NCBI GenBank assembly: GCA_963718615.1
Contig: OY970368.1
Span: 4,672,001 to 4,736,000 of the forward strand
Reading direction: 5' to 3'
Length of the DNA stretch: 64,000 nucleotides
Origin: an uncultured cyanobacterium
GTDB lineage: Bacteria > Cyanobacteriota > Cyanobacteriia > PCC-9006 > JAAUQQ01
A model generated the notes under the pieces. It did no database searches. It saw only the letters and a program-made list of their open reading frames with translations, and was not told the DNA's origin. A program made the position numbers and the translations under genes. Within the stretch, counting starts at the first letter, position 1. Each line of letters begins with the position of its first letter. Shown here piece by piece: positions 9,650-20,941 of this stretch.

Positions 9650-10389
9650 TTGGGATCATGCGCAAATTGGCGGGTGATTTGGCGGTCTTGGGGCGAATTA
9701 TTTCGCCTTTCTACTAATGCCTTTACCTCAATTATATATCGACCGGGAGGGGCAGTTTTAGCAGCCCACCAAAAACTTACTTCAGGCCCTTTCTTGTCAA
9801 CAAGAAGTTTTCTGTAAACCTCTTTTCTATTACTGGCTTGAATAATCTTCAACTCAATGCTTCGACTACGATCTCCAGTGTAAACCTGGATATCATAGCC
9901 ATCTGATTTCTGAAAAACAATAGGAAAAAGAACAGTCTCCGATCTGATTTCTGCAATACCCCTAATGCCAGAAAAAGGAATTTCTTCTTGTTTCAGTATT
10001 TTGTTCGACCATTCAAAATACCAATGATCTTTCATGGACTTTAACTGTAGCGGATCAAGCTGATAGTAAGCCTGGGAAGACTGAATACGAAGGATGGGCT
10101 GAGAACTGTTGCTACTAGGGGCAGGAATGCGAAGAGAAAGAGTCTTGGAATCAGTTAATTTCCCAATGGAAAAAGAACTGATCCGAAAGTCAGATGAACC
10201 TGCATCAGGGGCTATCATACCTTCACAACGCCTGTAATTCTCTAGCAATCGATAAGCATTTCTGGTATTGGCAGCCCGAGATTTGCATATTTGATCTGTA
10301 ACGGTAGCTGATGAGTCAGGCAAGCCAATCGCTGCCGAAAGTAAAAAGACAAATATTATGATAGGGATAGCCAATCTTAAATATTTCAT
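9637..10389 (-). CDS. Hypothetical exported protein
   Basis: Signal-peptide-like N-terminus; operonic spacing. Confidence 0.7.
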   Translation of the reverse strand: MKYLRLAIPIIIFVFLLSAAIGLPDSSATVTDQICKSRAANTRNAYRLLENYRRCEGMIAPDAGSSDFRISSFSIGKLTDSKTLSLRIPAPSSNSSQPILRIQSSQAYYQLDPLQLKSMKDHWYFEWSNKILKQEEIPFSGIRGIAEIRSETVLFPIVFQKSDGYDIQVYTGDRSRSIELKIIQASNRKEVYRKLLVDKKGPEVSFWWAAKTAPPGRYIIEVKALVERRNNSPQDRQITRQFAHDPKWLQ

Positions 10390-10402
10390 TGAATTGCAAC
10401 TC

Positions 10403-13400
10403 CTATATTCCTATATTCCTTAATTCTTCAATTACCCTTTTCATGGGGATTACATATCCCTTAACATCTTCTTCTACAGCATGTAATACTCCAATCGCAT
10501 GATTATTTTCATCGAAAACAGGACTGCCTGAATTGCCGATACTAAGATTTGCAGAAATCATTATCTTGTCGGAAGATACCGCTAAAAGCTGCCCTTCAAC
10601 TTCAAGCCATGACTGATTTTGGGGATGGCCAATGACTCTGACAGAGCTAGAATTGTCAGGATTTAAGTTTATTGGTACTGGCTTGATGTCATCAGGCAAG
10701 TCGGAAACATCGAGCTCTATAAATGCCAAGTCAGCATTACTATCTTTTCCAGGAAAGATGACTGTTCCCTCAATATGCTTAACACCGGTTTTTTTGTTAG
10801 GCATTTCACCTAGATACAAAGATACATATGCCTGATTAGTGAGCCGTGGATTTCTAGGGTCTGGTACTTGGCTACAACTATCGGTAAAAATATGCCTATT
10901 AGTCACGACTAGGAGTTTATTGCCATTGCGCTTCACAACAAAGCCTGTTCCCTTTTTACATAATCCATTAGGAGAGAAAACTGCTTGAATGAAAACAACA
11001 CTACGTTTTCGCTTAGTAGCTGGGTCTGCAACATTAAGATAATCCTTATTCGAGGGATCTAGTATCCTTTCTTGGGTTTTAGACGCTTTGTAGAAATCCA
11101 AATTATTTTTAGCAAATTCATGGTTTGGATTGATTTTGAGTGATGCACGTGCAGCATCTTCGGCTCTCTTTAAATCACCAGACTTCTGGAAAATAACTCC
11201 AAGTTCGTTGTAAGCATTGGCATGAGAACTACCAAAGAAACCTTGAGCAACACTCTCGGGAATTCCTAATAGAGTAAATACTTCTGGATCAGATTGAGTA
11301 TCGGGAAGCTTTAGGGATTCCTCGTATGCCTCAATTGCATCATTAGGCTTGCCAAGCCAATACAAAACCTCTGCAAGGTCATTGTAATTTGTTGCGCTTG
11401 GCTCGATCATAGCTGCCTTACGATAAAATTCCTCTGATTCTCGTAACTTGTCTGGATCTGCCAAAGAACTCTCGAAATCATCGGGCCGTTTATCAGAACT
11501 CAAGAAGAGATCCAACTTTCCAGCTCTAAAAATAAGAGCTGATGCAGTTTGAAAACGTTCGATTTTCTGCTTTATGCTTCTTGCATCGAAAAAATCACTG
11601 ATAGATTGGAGAATAGCAATTTTTATATAAGCTTCAGAGTCACTTGAAGTTGATGGAATGTATTGATCAGAGATTCTCACTGGATCATCATAATTTGATA
11701 AATTATTTTGATTATCTTGTATTTCTTCACGATAATACGCAACAGCAGAATCCATTTTTCTTTGGATTCCTTGAAATCGACAAATCATGCCTAAAAGACT
11801 ATAGTTTGTTGCCGTTTCAGGTGACAATTTAGATGCTTTTTGCATGACAATATATGCATCATCTAGTCTGTTTTCGATTATCAATACAATTCCCAAAAGA
11901 CTATGAATTTCAGTCTTGCCTGGGAATAATTTAGACGCTTTTTGCGTGACAATATATGCATCATCTAATTTATCTTGTGCAACTAATGCAAATCCCAACA
12001 TGAGGTGGTTCATAGATCTATTTGGGAACAATAAAACCGCTTTAGAAAGTATGAACTCTGCCTCACTCATTCTGTTCTGAAAAATAAGTAATCCACCAAG
12101 ATGTTGATAAATTATTGGGTTTTTTGGATCTAGCTTTAGGATTTTTTGAAAAATTGCAATTTCCTCATCTAATTTGTTCTGACTAGCCAGCACGATTCCT
12201 AGGTTTTCGTGAGCAAGATAGTGTTTAGGATCAACTTCGATCGCTTTTTGGTAGGCCGCGATCGCCTCATCGAGTTTCTTCTGGTCCCTCAGTACATTGC
12301 CCAGGTTGTTGTAAGCATGGGCATGTTTGGGGTCAAGTTCGAGCACTTTTTGAAAGGCGGCGCTCGCCTCCTCCAGTTTCTCTTGGGCACTCAGTGCAAT
12401 GCCCAGGTTGTTGTAGGTATCAGCATTGTTGGGGTCGAGGGCGAGCGCTTTCTCGTAGGCAGAAATCGCCTCCTCCAATTTCTTCTGGGCCCTTAGCGCA
12501 TTGCCCAGGTTGCTGTAGGCAGTGGCATAATCGGGATTGAGGGCGATGGCCTGGCGGTAGGCGGCGCTCGCCTCCTCCAGCTTCTTTTGGTCATACAGCG
12601 CATTGCCTAGGTTGTTGTAGGCGGCGGCATAGTCGGGATTGAGGACGATGGCCTTGCGGTAGGCGGCGATTGCCTCCTCCAGTTTCTTATGGTCGCTGAG
12701 CGCAATGCCTAAATTGCTGTAGGCGGTGGCCAAGTCGGGATTGAGGGCGATGGCCTTGCGGTAGGCGGCGATCGCCTCGTCGAGTTTCTTTTGGTCACTG
12801 AGCGCAGCGCCTAAGTTGTTGTAGGCAGAGGCATAGTCGGGATTGAGGGCGATGGCCTTGCGGTAGGCGGCGATCGCCTCGTCGAGTTTCTTTTGGTCAC
12901 TGAGCGTAACGCCTAGGTTGTAGTAGGCAGAGGCATAGTCGGGATTGAGGGCGATGGCCTTGCGGTAGGCGGCGATCGCCTCGTCGAGTTTCTTTTGGTC
13001 ACTGAGCGTAACGCCTAGGTTGTAGTAGGCAGAGGCATAGTCGGGATTGAGGGCGATGGCCTTGCGGTAGGCGGCGATCGCCTCATCGAGTTTCTTTTGG
13101 TCACTGAGCACATTGCCTAAGTTGTAGTAGGCAGAGGCAAAGTCGGGATTGAGGGCGATGGCCTTGCGGTAGGCGGCGATCGCCTCATCGAGTTTCTTTT
13201 GGTCACTGAGCACATTGCCTAAGTTGTAGTAGGCAGAGGCAAAGTCGGGATTGAGGGCGATGGCCTTGCGGTAGGCGGCGATCGCTTTGTCGAGCTTGTT
13301 CTGATCCCTCAGCGCATTGCCCAGGTTGTTGTAGGCATTGGCATAGTTGGGATCGAGGTAGATCGCTTTCTCGTAGGCGGCGATTGCCTCGTCTAGCTTT

Positions 13401-13687
13401 TTCTGTTCACGTAGTGCATAGCCCAAGTGATGGTGTGCAACTGCATTACCTGGGTTATGTTGAGTAATCTGCCGAAATAGATTCTCTGCTTCCGCTAAAC
13501 GTCCCTCATGGATAGCTTGAACTCCTTCATCAAGAGCTTCTGCTGTTTCATTAAGAGCTTCATCTCCCCCATCAATTATTTGAATTTCTGGCTGAATCAA
13601 CTGCTCAGTAACTTGAGCCATCGCAGCTACAGGCACTGAGCTCGTCGCCACCGCTAGCCCCATGGCCCAAACCTGGATTCGCTTCAT
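10403..13687 (-). CDS. TPR-repeat protein with C-terminal trypsin-like serine protease
   Basis: Signal-like MKRIQVW...AMAQ; many 34-aa TPRs; GTGF, TNRH, DLA, GNSGSP triad motifs. Confidence 0.9.
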   Translation of the reverse strand: MKRIQVWAMGLAVATSSVPVAAMAQVTEQLIQPEIQIIDGGDEALNETAEALDEGVQAIHEGRLAEAENLFRQITQHNPGNAVAHHHLGYALREQKKLDEAIAAYEKAIYLDPNYANAYNNLGNALRDQNKLDKAIAAYRKAIALNPDFASAYYNLGNVLSDQKKLDEAIAAYRKAIALNPDFASAYYNLGNVLSDQKKLDEAIAAYRKAIALNPDYASAYYNLGVTLSDQKKLDEAIAAYRKAIALNPDYASAYYNLGVTLSDQKKLDEAIAAYRKAIALNPDYASAYNNLGAALSDQKKLDEAIAAYRKAIALNPDLATAYSNLGIALSDHKKLEEAIAAYRKAIVLNPDYAAAYNNLGNALYDQKKLEEASAAYRQAIALNPDYATAYSNLGNALRAQKKLEEAISAYEKALALDPNNADTYNNLGIALSAQEKLEEASAAFQKVLELDPKHAHAYNNLGNVLRDQKKLDEAIAAYQKAIEVDPKHYLAHENLGIVLASQNKLDEEIAIFQKILKLDPKNPIIYQHLGGLLIFQNRMSEAEFILSKAVLLFPNRSMNHLMLGFALVAQDKLDDAYIVTQKASKLFPGKTEIHSLLGIVLIIENRLDDAYIVMQKASKLSPETATNYSLLGMICRFQGIQRKMDSAVAYYREEIQDNQNNLSNYDDPVRISDQYIPSTSSDSEAYIKIAILQSISDFFDARSIKQKIERFQTASALIFRAGKLDLFLSSDKRPDDFESSLADPDKLRESEEFYRKAAMIEPSATNYNDLAEVLYWLGKPNDAIEAYEESLKLPDTQSDPEVFTLLGIPESVAQGFFGSSHANAYNELGVIFQKSGDLKRAEDAARASLKINPNHEFAKNNLDFYKASKTQERILDPSNKDYLNVADPATKRKRSVVFIQAVFSPNGLCKKGTGFVVKRNGNKLLVVTNRHIFTDSCSQVPDPRNPRLTNQAYVSLYLGEMPNKKTGVKHIEGTVIFPGKDSNADLAFIELDVSDLPDDIKPVPINLNPDNSSSVRVIGHPQNQSWLEVEGQLLAVSSDKIMISANLSIGNSGSPVFDENNHAIGVLHAVEEDVKGYVIPMKRVIEELRNIGI
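12225..13410 (-). repeat. 102-bp tandem repeats encoding TPR units
   Basis: Near-identical units ([25 protein letters not shown]); several consecutive units match almost exactly at DNA level. Confidence 0.95.
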
Positions 13688-13797
13688 ACCCTTGCCCTGA
13701 ATCATGCCACCGCTGCCCCCAGCAACAACCAACAAACCTTCCGAATCAATTCCTGCCCAAGTCCCAGGCATCAGCCACAGCCAGCCAAGCTATCAAC

Positions 13798-13846
13798 CCA
13801 GACCTCAGTAAAGCTCCCCAGACCTCAGTAAAGCTCCCCAGACCTA
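13798..13846. repeat. 20-bp tandem repeat x2.4
   Basis: CCAGACCTCAGTAAAGCTCC. Confidence 0.85.
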
Positions 13847-14322
13847 ACCAGATATCCTGCATCAGACCCCAGCTCTCCGGGTAAATTCTCTGAAGAATCA
13901 GTAAAGATAATGCTTACTTCTAAGTATGATGGCGCATATCCCAGAACAATCCGGCTGGAAGTTCACCCCTCCATGCCCCGCATTAATAGCACTTACAGGT
14001 CTATCAACCCAGCCCATAAAAAACATCAAATCGAGTAGCAATTGATCAGACAGCCACCCCGAAGCAACAACCATTTGCTGCGCAAGGCTAAACACAGGTC
14101 GTACCAGCAGACCCAAACCCAACCGCCGATACTGGCCCCCGCCAAGTTCTGGGGCAATCGCCTCTTTCACCTGGCCCTAGTTCGCATAGATGCTCACCTA
14201 GATGCTCACCATTTGGCATAGTGTGGCGGTTTTGCCCCGGACATTGTCGATTTGTTCGTTGAGCACTAAGAACCGCTGATAGACGGCGATTGCCTTTGCC
14301 AAGTTCTGAAGCGATCGCCCCT

Positions 14323-14910
14323 CTAACGCCCTGCCCGCAAAATTGCCTCAGCAGTCAACCCTAGAGCCGGGAACGTTGGAGATGCGATTGTCTCTCCTCC
14401 CTGAAACAGAGCAAAGCTGTAATCCCCATTAACCAATGTGCCAATATTCACCACCAAACGATCCGGATCAATAATCCAGTATTCGGGAATCCCCCGCTCC
14501 GCATATTCCCTCGACTTCTCTGTGTAATCGCGATCATGAGACTGCTTGTCTTTAACACCATTAGAAACCACCTCAACCACAAGTAAAGGTGCAGGTTCGC
14601 CTGCTCTCAAAATCCGGCCATCCTTGAAAAGTGCTGCTCTTGACTCATCACTATGGACAATCAGATCCGGTTGTCGCGCCGTTGCCTTGGTGGAACTGAC
14701 CCCAATTTGATGTCCGATAATAATTCGAAAATAGGGAATCCCAAGCCCAAGGAAAACAGCAAACAAAAAACTAGCAATCTCCGGATTTAGCGGATTCTCA
14801 GCACCCATCTCGACTAGCACCCCGTCCTTAAGCTCATAACGAGTATCCGTACCATCGTCATAGCTGAGATACTCCTCCAGAGACATGCGTTTTTGGGTGG
14901 CAACGGTCAT
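14323..14910 (-). CDS. Uma2-family endonuclease
   Basis: RYEL.DG.LVEM, RQPD, LVVEVVS, GIPEYWIIDP. Confidence 0.92.
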   Translation of the reverse strand: MTVATQKRMSLEEYLSYDDGTDTRYELKDGVLVEMGAENPLNPEIASFLFAVFLGLGIPYFRIIIGHQIGVSSTKATARQPDLIVHSDESRAALFKDGRILRAGEPAPLLVVEVVSNGVKDKQSHDRDYTEKSREYAERGIPEYWIIDPDRLVVNIGTLVNGDYSFALFQGGETIASPTFPALGLTAEAILRAGR

Positions 14911-14999
14911 AGGGTCCTCCGGCTGACTTCACCGAGCTCATTTGATTGTAAGGCTAGCTGGCACTAATCTGCTCAAGGGTGATGAGTGCTGAACACCTT

Positions 15000-15926
15000 T
15001 TAAGTCGACGATACAACTTTTGTCTTTCCACTCCCCAAACTCCGAAAATACAGCGTCCCCACCGCACCCAAAAACCCCAAATACACGATCGCCTGCACCA
15101 AAAACAACCGATCGCGATAGCCCAATAACGCCTTCAACACCACCCCCGGAAACGCTCGATCCGGCAACCAACCGCTCAAATCCCACACCAACGGACCCAA
15201 AATACAAGACGCTTGAGAAACACAAAGATCAAGACCCTGGAGCTGCCCCAGCGCCACCACAGCCCCATTCCCACTCTTCAACAACGACGTCGTCAACCCC
15301 GCCACAATCAGCAATAGCAACAGCCCCATGACTTGGAAAAACCGACGAATATCAATCTGAATGCCAAACCGAAACAGCCCAAACCCGATCGCCACGGCTC
15401 CCAACAAACCGCCCAAGGCACCCACCGTCGCGGCCCAACCCTGCTGAAGATTGGCCAAGATAAAGACCACGGTTTCAAACCCCTCTCGCAGGACGGCGAT
15501 CGCCACCAGCCCAAACACCCCCCAACCCGCTGCTGAACCTTTCGCCGCTGAACCCTGGGATAACGTCGCCGTAATCGACCCCTCAATTTCAGCCTTGAGC
15601 GACTTCGCCTGCCGGGTCATCCAGATCAACATCCAACTGAGCATGGCGATCGCCACCCCACACAACCCCGCCTTTAGCAAGGGTTCAATCACTGCTGCCT
15701 GGGCCGGTTCCAGCAGTTGTATGCGCCCAAAGCCCCATCTCAGCAACAGCCCCGTGAGGGCACTGCCCACCAGCCCTGCCCCAATGCCCCCATAAACCCA
15801 GGGATTGAGCCGCGATTGCTGGGCCTTTTGCAAGCAGGCCAGCACAATCCCCACCACCAGAGCCGCCTCAACGCCCTCTCGCAACGTAATCACAAATGTG
15901 GGCAACGCCGCTGAAATATCGGCCAT
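15000..15926 (-). CDS. FTR1-family iron permease
   Basis: Two REGxE motifs; multi-TM. Confidence 0.93.
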   Translation of the reverse strand: MADISAALPTFVITLREGVEAALVVGIVLACLQKAQQSRLNPWVYGGIGAGLVGSALTGLLLRWGFGRIQLLEPAQAAVIEPLLKAGLCGVAIAMLSWMLIWMTRQAKSLKAEIEGSITATLSQGSAAKGSAAGWGVFGLVAIAVLREGFETVVFILANLQQGWAATVGALGGLLGAVAIGFGLFRFGIQIDIRRFFQVMGLLLLLIVAGLTTSLLKSGNGAVVALGQLQGLDLCVSQASCILGPLVWDLSGWLPDRAFPGVVLKALLGYRDRLFLVQAIVYLGFLGAVGTLYFRSLGSGKTKVVSST

Positions 15927-15965
15927 GACTCTCTTCTCTCCTGAGGCTCGTAAGGTCCTGTCCCT

Positions 15966-16025
15966 ATTCTGGCATTGGACATTCTGGCCTTGGGCATTCT
16001 GGCATTGGACATTCTGGCATTGGGC
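15966..16025. repeat. 15-bp tandem repeat x4 between ftr1 and fur
   Basis: ATTCTGGC(A/C)TTGG(A/G)C. Confidence 0.9.
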
Positions 16026-16121
16026 ACTTGTTATTTCTTTGCAATAAGAGCAGCTTCTTGCAATTGAGCCCCTCTCTTCGCTATGCTTCTCATTAAGCCT
16101 ATCTTATTGAGATATTTTCCT

Positions 16122-16577
16122 ATGGTGGCCTACACCCCCGCAGCCCTCAAAGCCGAACTCAACGAGCGGGGCTGGCGCATGACACCGCAGCGGCAGACGA
16201 TTCTCGAAACCTTTCAGAATTTGCCTGAAGGCGAACATCTGAGTGCGGAGGATTTGTGTGAAATGTTGGGGCAACGGGGGGAAAAGGTCAGCCTCTCGAC
16301 GGTTTATCGCAATTTGAAGCTGATGTCCCGCATGGGAATTTTGCGCGAGCTGGAGCTGGCGGAGGGCCATAAGCGTTACGAAATTAATCAGCCCGCTCCC
16401 CACCACCATCACCATTTAATCTGCGTGCGTTGCAATAAAACCGTTGAGTTTAAGAACGATTCTGTCCTCAAGGCCGGGGCCAAAATGGCGGATAAATCGG
16501 GGTATCATCTGCTCGACTGTCAGTTGCTCATCCATGCGATTTGCCCCGCTTGCCAGCGATCGATTATGCCGATCTAG
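16122..16577 (+). CDS. fur: Fur-family transcriptional regulator
   Basis: RMTPQRQ.IL, HLSAEDL, STVYR, HHHHHLIC..C, C..C. Confidence 0.9.
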   Translation: MVAYTPAALKAELNERGWRMTPQRQTILETFQNLPEGEHLSAEDLCEMLGQRGEKVSLSTVYRNLKLMSRMGILRELELAEGHKRYEINQPAPHHHHHLICVRCNKTVEFKNDSVLKAGAKMADKSGYHLLDCQLLIHAICPACQRSIMPI

Positions 16578-16654
16578 GTCAATCTCCCAGGGGGGCGATC
16601 GCCAACCGCGACCCGCTCCCTGTCCTGGGTCCAGTGGGCATCCAAAAAACCTAT

Positions 16655-16718
16655 AAAACCCGTCTGTAAAACCTGTCTGTAAAACCTGTCTGCAAAATCT
16701 ATCTGAAAAATCTGTCTT
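16655..16718. repeat. 13-bp degenerate tandem repeat x5
   Basis: AAAACCTGTCTGT-like units. Confidence 0.8.
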
Positions 16719-16841
16719 GGGATAGAGGCAAAAGACAACTGAAAAATAATCTCAGTAGTTTATTAAGGCATTGTTGCGTTTTGTAAAAAATCCAAGGAAA
16801 TTGTGAAATGATGGGGATAAGTATTCCCTTCCTCGCTGGCC

Positions 16842-18305
16842 ATGCAACCCGAAGCCACCCTCAATCAGCTCAAAGCGGCATTACCGAGCGGACAATTTCC
16901 CGCGAGTTTTGGGGTGTATTTCAAAAATACGCTGGTGGCGTTGTGTCACGCCCTAGAAGACCATATTTTGCAAACTAGCGCAGGGCTGCCCGAGGCCCAA
17001 AAACCCCTGGTGCTCGTAACCTTTCAGCAGGGGAAGTGGTACCTACAAGAGGCAGAGCGGTATTTTGAGGTGGCCCAGTGCTCCCAGGAGGTGGCGATCG
17101 CCGCTGTCCCCGCCAGTGGCTTTGCGGAACACCCTACCAGTCAGTTAGAGAATGTCTCGCTGTTCAACCTATCCTCGGACGATCGCCTGACCGAAGAATG
17201 GAATCTGGTGATCCTCGCACCAGGCTATGCGGCGATGGTACTCTGCCATGAACTGGACCCCAGCGAATATCGCGGTGAAAGTCGGCCCACGGTGGATATT
17301 GAACGCAAGTTTTACGGCCTGTGGACCTTTGAGCGAGATCTGGTCGAAAAGTCGGCGGCGATTTTAATCAATCGCTGCGAGCGCTACGATCCAGCCTTGG
17401 CGGAACGGCTCCGCCACTGCCAGACCACCGTGGCTGCCGACCGAGATTCGCCCCCCATTGACCTGAGCGGCGTCGTCTCTCGGATTGTGAACTATCTCCA
17501 AAGCAGTCAGCAGCAGTTGGTCACGGTGGGTCGTCAAACCCGTGAACTGTGGGAACTAGAAGGTCAGGCCCTGCGACTCAATCGCAACCTCACGGCCAAC
17601 AAACTTCAGGCCTTTTTGCGCATGGCTCAGAAGGTGGATGAGCGAGATACCTGCAATGCCATCGCTTCGCTCCAAGTTGCGGCCCTGGCCGAAACCCTCG
17701 GGCAAATGCTCGATCTGCCGACGTTGCAGTTGCGGCGGCTGCGCTTGGCGGGATTGCTCTTTCGGGTGGGCTTGGCGGAGGCTCCCCAGGAGCTGTTTCA
17801 AAAAACCTGGGAAGAATTGGATACGTCGAGTGAAGTGTTTTGGCGCGATCGCGCCCTCCTCAGTGCCCAGCTCCTTGCCTCTATGCCCGAACTCAAACCC
17901 ATGGCGGAAATTGTCCAGCATCAGCTAGAGCGCTGGAATGGCAGCGGTAAGCCGGATGGCTTGAAAGGAGATGCCATTCCCCTGGAATCGCGGATTTTGG
18001 GATTGGTGGCTTATTTTCAGGAACTCACGGAATGTCGAGGCAGCCGCGCTCCGCTGAGTTTGGGTGATGCGCTCCAATGTTGCCTAGAACGCAGCGAGGT
18101 TTGGTTTGATCCAGCCTTAGTAGAAATGCTGGGTAATCTGGTGCGGCTGACGGAAATGGGCTTGATGCAACTCCCCGATCGCCCCAGTCAACAACCTGCC
18201 GTTTGGCTAGAGGAGGCTACCAGCGGGACCAAGCTAGACGTTAGGCCAGAAAATGGCCCAGAGCACAGTGCTGAGAAAGCGGATCGGTTAGAACGAGGCA
18301 AATAA
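16842..18305 (+). CDS. DICT sensory domain + degenerate HD-GYP protein
   Basis: YFKNTLVALCHALED, FQ...WY..EAERY, WTF; ERWNGSGKPDGL. Confidence 0.85.
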   Translation: MQPEATLNQLKAALPSGQFPASFGVYFKNTLVALCHALEDHILQTSAGLPEAQKPLVLVTFQQGKWYLQEAERYFEVAQCSQEVAIAAVPASGFAEHPTSQLENVSLFNLSSDDRLTEEWNLVILAPGYAAMVLCHELDPSEYRGESRPTVDIERKFYGLWTFERDLVEKSAAILINRCERYDPALAERLRHCQTTVAADRDSPPIDLSGVVSRIVNYLQSSQQQLVTVGRQTRELWELEGQALRLNRNLTANKLQAFLRMAQKVDERDTCNAIASLQVAALAETLGQMLDLPTLQLRRLRLAGLLFRVGLAEAPQELFQKTWEELDTSSEVFWRDRALLSAQLLASMPELKPMAEIVQHQLERWNGSGKPDGLKGDAIPLESRILGLVAYFQELTECRGSRAPLSLGDALQCCLERSEVWFDPALVEMLGNLVRLTEMGLMQLPDRPSQQPAVWLEEATSGTKLDVRPENGPEHSAEKADRLERGK

Positions 18306-18307
18306 CC

Positions 18308-18904
18308 ATGGATAGTTCAACGGATCTGGCAGCCATTCGCCAGGGAAAAGTCGAAGCACTCACCCAAGCCAACCTGGCGGGAGCCGATTTGCAAGGCGTC
18401 GTTTTGAAAGGTGTGGATTTGTCCCAGGCTAATCTGAAGGGGGCCAATTTGCAGGGCGCAAATTTGCAAGGGGCGATCCTGCGTGCGGTTCTGCGCGGAG
18501 CCGACCTCACCGGAGCTAATCTCCAAAACGCGGATTTTCGCAACGGCGATTTGCGGGGGGTGATCTTGGCGGATGCAGATTGTAAACAGGTGAGTTTTGC
18601 GGGAGCGTTTCTGGCAGGGGCTATTCTCAGCGGTCTAGATCTCTCAACTGTGGATTTGCGGGGTGTGGATTTGCGAGGGGCAACGCTGATGGGCACTAAT
18701 CTTTCCCAGGCAGATCTTTCCTATGCCAATCTCTCGGGTGCGGATCTATCCCAGGCCGATTTGGAGGAGGCCAATCTGGAAGGCGCTATTTTGCGAGGTG
18801 CAAATTTAGAGCGGGCCAATTTATTTTGTGCAAGGCTCGATGGGGCAATCTTGGAAGGGGCGCTTTTGGCGGACACCTGTGTGGCGGGAACGGTTTTGGC
18901 TTAA
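18308..18904 (+). CDS. Pentapeptide-repeat protein
   Basis: A(D/N)Lxx repeats. Confidence 0.95.
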   Translation: MDSSTDLAAIRQGKVEALTQANLAGADLQGVVLKGVDLSQANLKGANLQGANLQGAILRAVLRGADLTGANLQNADFRNGDLRGVILADADCKQVSFAGAFLAGAILSGLDLSTVDLRGVDLRGATLMGTNLSQADLSYANLSGADLSQADLEEANLEGAILRGANLERANLFCARLDGAILEGALLADTCVAGTVLA

Positions 18905-18942
18905 GGCTTAGCGGTCGAGATTAGAGGGTTAACGGCTTTGCC

Positions 18943-19800
18943 TCAGACGGAGGGGAATTGATCTTGGAGATCCTGGAGCGATCGCGTCAAATCCGCCGTC
19001 AATTGCTTCGACCCTTCCTTCGTGGATAACGCCCCATAGGCTTGAGTTTGCAGCGGGTCACCAATCTTGATTTTGACCGACGTTCCCCAAGGAACATTGG
19101 GTTTATCGTAATAGAGCCCGATGGGAACAATCGTTACATTTCCAGGTTTGTCCTGTTCTGATTGACACGGCTCAGCTTTTCTCTGCTCGGACTTTCCCGG
19201 CTCGGACTTTCCTTTCGATGCTTGCAGTGCCATGCGAGCCAAACCCACCTTGAGCGGATGGATCTGACCGTCCTTAAAAATATTCCCCTCAGGAAAAACC
19301 ACCATGGCTCGAGCCGATTGCAGGAGATTAACGCCACAGCGAATGCTTTCTAAACTGGGATGGCGAGTATCGACGGGAAAGCAGCCCATGCGACGAATGA
19401 TCCAGCCCTGCAACCCCTTGATTTCATCAACGGTCACCATAAAATGCAGGTCCCGTCCGGTGGCAAAGCGCCCGCCAATATAAGGCACCATAAACGCATC
19501 CCAGCGAGAGCGGTGCATCGGCGCAAAAATCACCGCACCGTTTTGGGGCACCTTCTCCCAGCCCTCCACTTCAATGGTCTTGAAATACAGCGGCAGAAGC
19601 AGAAATTGCCCAACGTAATAGATCAGCCAAGATAACCAAGGTGAAATATAGGGCGTCAGGGGCCGAGAACGGTTCATAGGAGAAACCTGAGGCAGATCGG
19701 GCGCTTCAACGGTCATCGACGAGGAGGGGCGAAGGGGTGTGATGGGGAGAGATGAAGGAACCACAGCAATGAGTGGGGATTCATGGATTGTACACATCAT
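18943..19800 (-). CDS. Lysophospholipid acyltransferase (PlsC-like); start may be 19716
   Basis: HRSRWD, FPEG. Confidence 0.88.
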   Translation of the reverse strand: MMCTIHESPLIAVVPSSLPITPLRPSSSMTVEAPDLPQVSPMNRSRPLTPYISPWLSWLIYYVGQFLLLPLYFKTIEVEGWEKVPQNGAVIFAPMHRSRWDAFMVPYIGGRFATGRDLHFMVTVDEIKGLQGWIIRRMGCFPVDTRHPSLESIRCGVNLLQSARAMVVFPEGNIFKDGQIHPLKVGLARMALQASKGKSEPGKSEQRKAEPCQSEQDKPGNVTIVPIGLYYDKPNVPWGTSVKIKIGDPLQTQAYGALSTKEGSKQLTADLTRSLQDLQDQFPSV

Positions 19801-19858
19801 CGATACTGTAGGGTGCTTCTCGGCGATCGCCTCGCTCCGGCGGGACAGTTCTTACATT

Positions 19859-19905
19859 GTCAGTTCAGGACCGTCAGTTCAGGACCGTCAGTTCAGGACT
19901 GTCAG
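19859..19905. repeat. 14-bp tandem repeat x3 after plsC stop
   Basis: GTCAGTTCAGGACC. Confidence 0.85.
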
Positions 19906-20586
19906 CTAACGACCTAAACGATGCAGCGCATTAATCGCCTCGGCACAGGTTTGGGTGGTCGCGTCTAGCAAGGCCCGCTGGGTGGAAGCGGGGGGAGCAA
20001 TGGCTGGACCTACCCGTATGGTGATAGGCACGGCTTGGGGTCGGACTTTGCCTTTTTCCGTAATGGCTTGAGTTCCCCAAAGACAGACCGGGATGAGGGG
20101 GACTTGCATTTTGGCGGCGATCCAGGCCGCACCCGCTTTAGGGTCCTGGACCAGACCATCCGCTGTGCGGGTGCCATCGAGAAATAGCCCAGCGCCCCAC
20201 CCCTGTTCGAGGAAAGACATGGCTGCTTTGAGGGCTTGGCGATCGCCCGTGCCTCGCCGCACTGGATAGGCTCCATAGAGCTGAATCCCCTGTTTTAAGA
20301 TCGGCACGTTGAACAGTTCTTCCTTCGCCATAAAGGCCACCGGGCGTCCCAAGCTGCTTGCCAGCAGGGGCGGATCAAAATCGCTGGCATGGTTGCTCAC
20401 AGCAATGAATGGACCCTGCTTAGGCACGTTTTCTAGACCTTCGATCCGCCCCCGGAAATAGAAATAAAACATGGGCGTAATCACAGACCATTTAAACAAA
20501 CGGTAGAGTGCTAAGGAGACAAGGGGCTCTCGCTGACGATAGGACTGAGGGGTAGGCAAGGTCTTGGACGAAGCGGGCGTGGCCAT
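19906..20586 (-). CDS. plsC: 1-acyl-sn-glycerol-3-phosphate acyltransferase
   Basis: NHASDFDPP, FMAKEELF, DGTR. Confidence 0.9.
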   Translation of the reverse strand: MATPASSKTLPTPQSYRQREPLVSLALYRLFKWSVITPMFYFYFRGRIEGLENVPKQGPFIAVSNHASDFDPPLLASSLGRPVAFMAKEELFNVPILKQGIQLYGAYPVRRGTGDRQALKAAMSFLEQGWGAGLFLDGTRTADGLVQDPKAGAAWIAAKMQVPLIPVCLWGTQAITEKGKVRPQAVPITIRVGPAIAPPASTQRALLDATTQTCAEAINALHRLGR

Positions 20587-20941
20587 GGTGGGATTCTAAA
20601 AGGGCTACAAAGCAACGGCATGAGCATTTTATAGTGAGAGTGTTGCAGTTCGATATTCATGCATCCACCAAGGCCAATCCGTCAGGTTACTTTTGATGAT
20701 CTCAACTTTAACGCTTTAGTATTTTGTCGCCTAAATCAATAGGGATGAGATAGACATCACTACGGGATTCGTTCGTCTTTGCTCAAGACGATTTCAATTC
20801 AGGAGAAATATAGTTTTGCAGATAGAAAAGCATTACCCTTGGGTAACCTGAGGAAGACTAACCCCCGACTCTAGAACGGTTACGAAACGAAGGTGCCTCA
20901 AAGCAAATCAACATCATGGGTTTGGAAATCTTTAGTTAGCC

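Noticed and set aside
12225-13410. CRISPR-like or DGR repeat
   Set aside because: 102-bp in-frame TPR units with no spacers and no intact RT nearby
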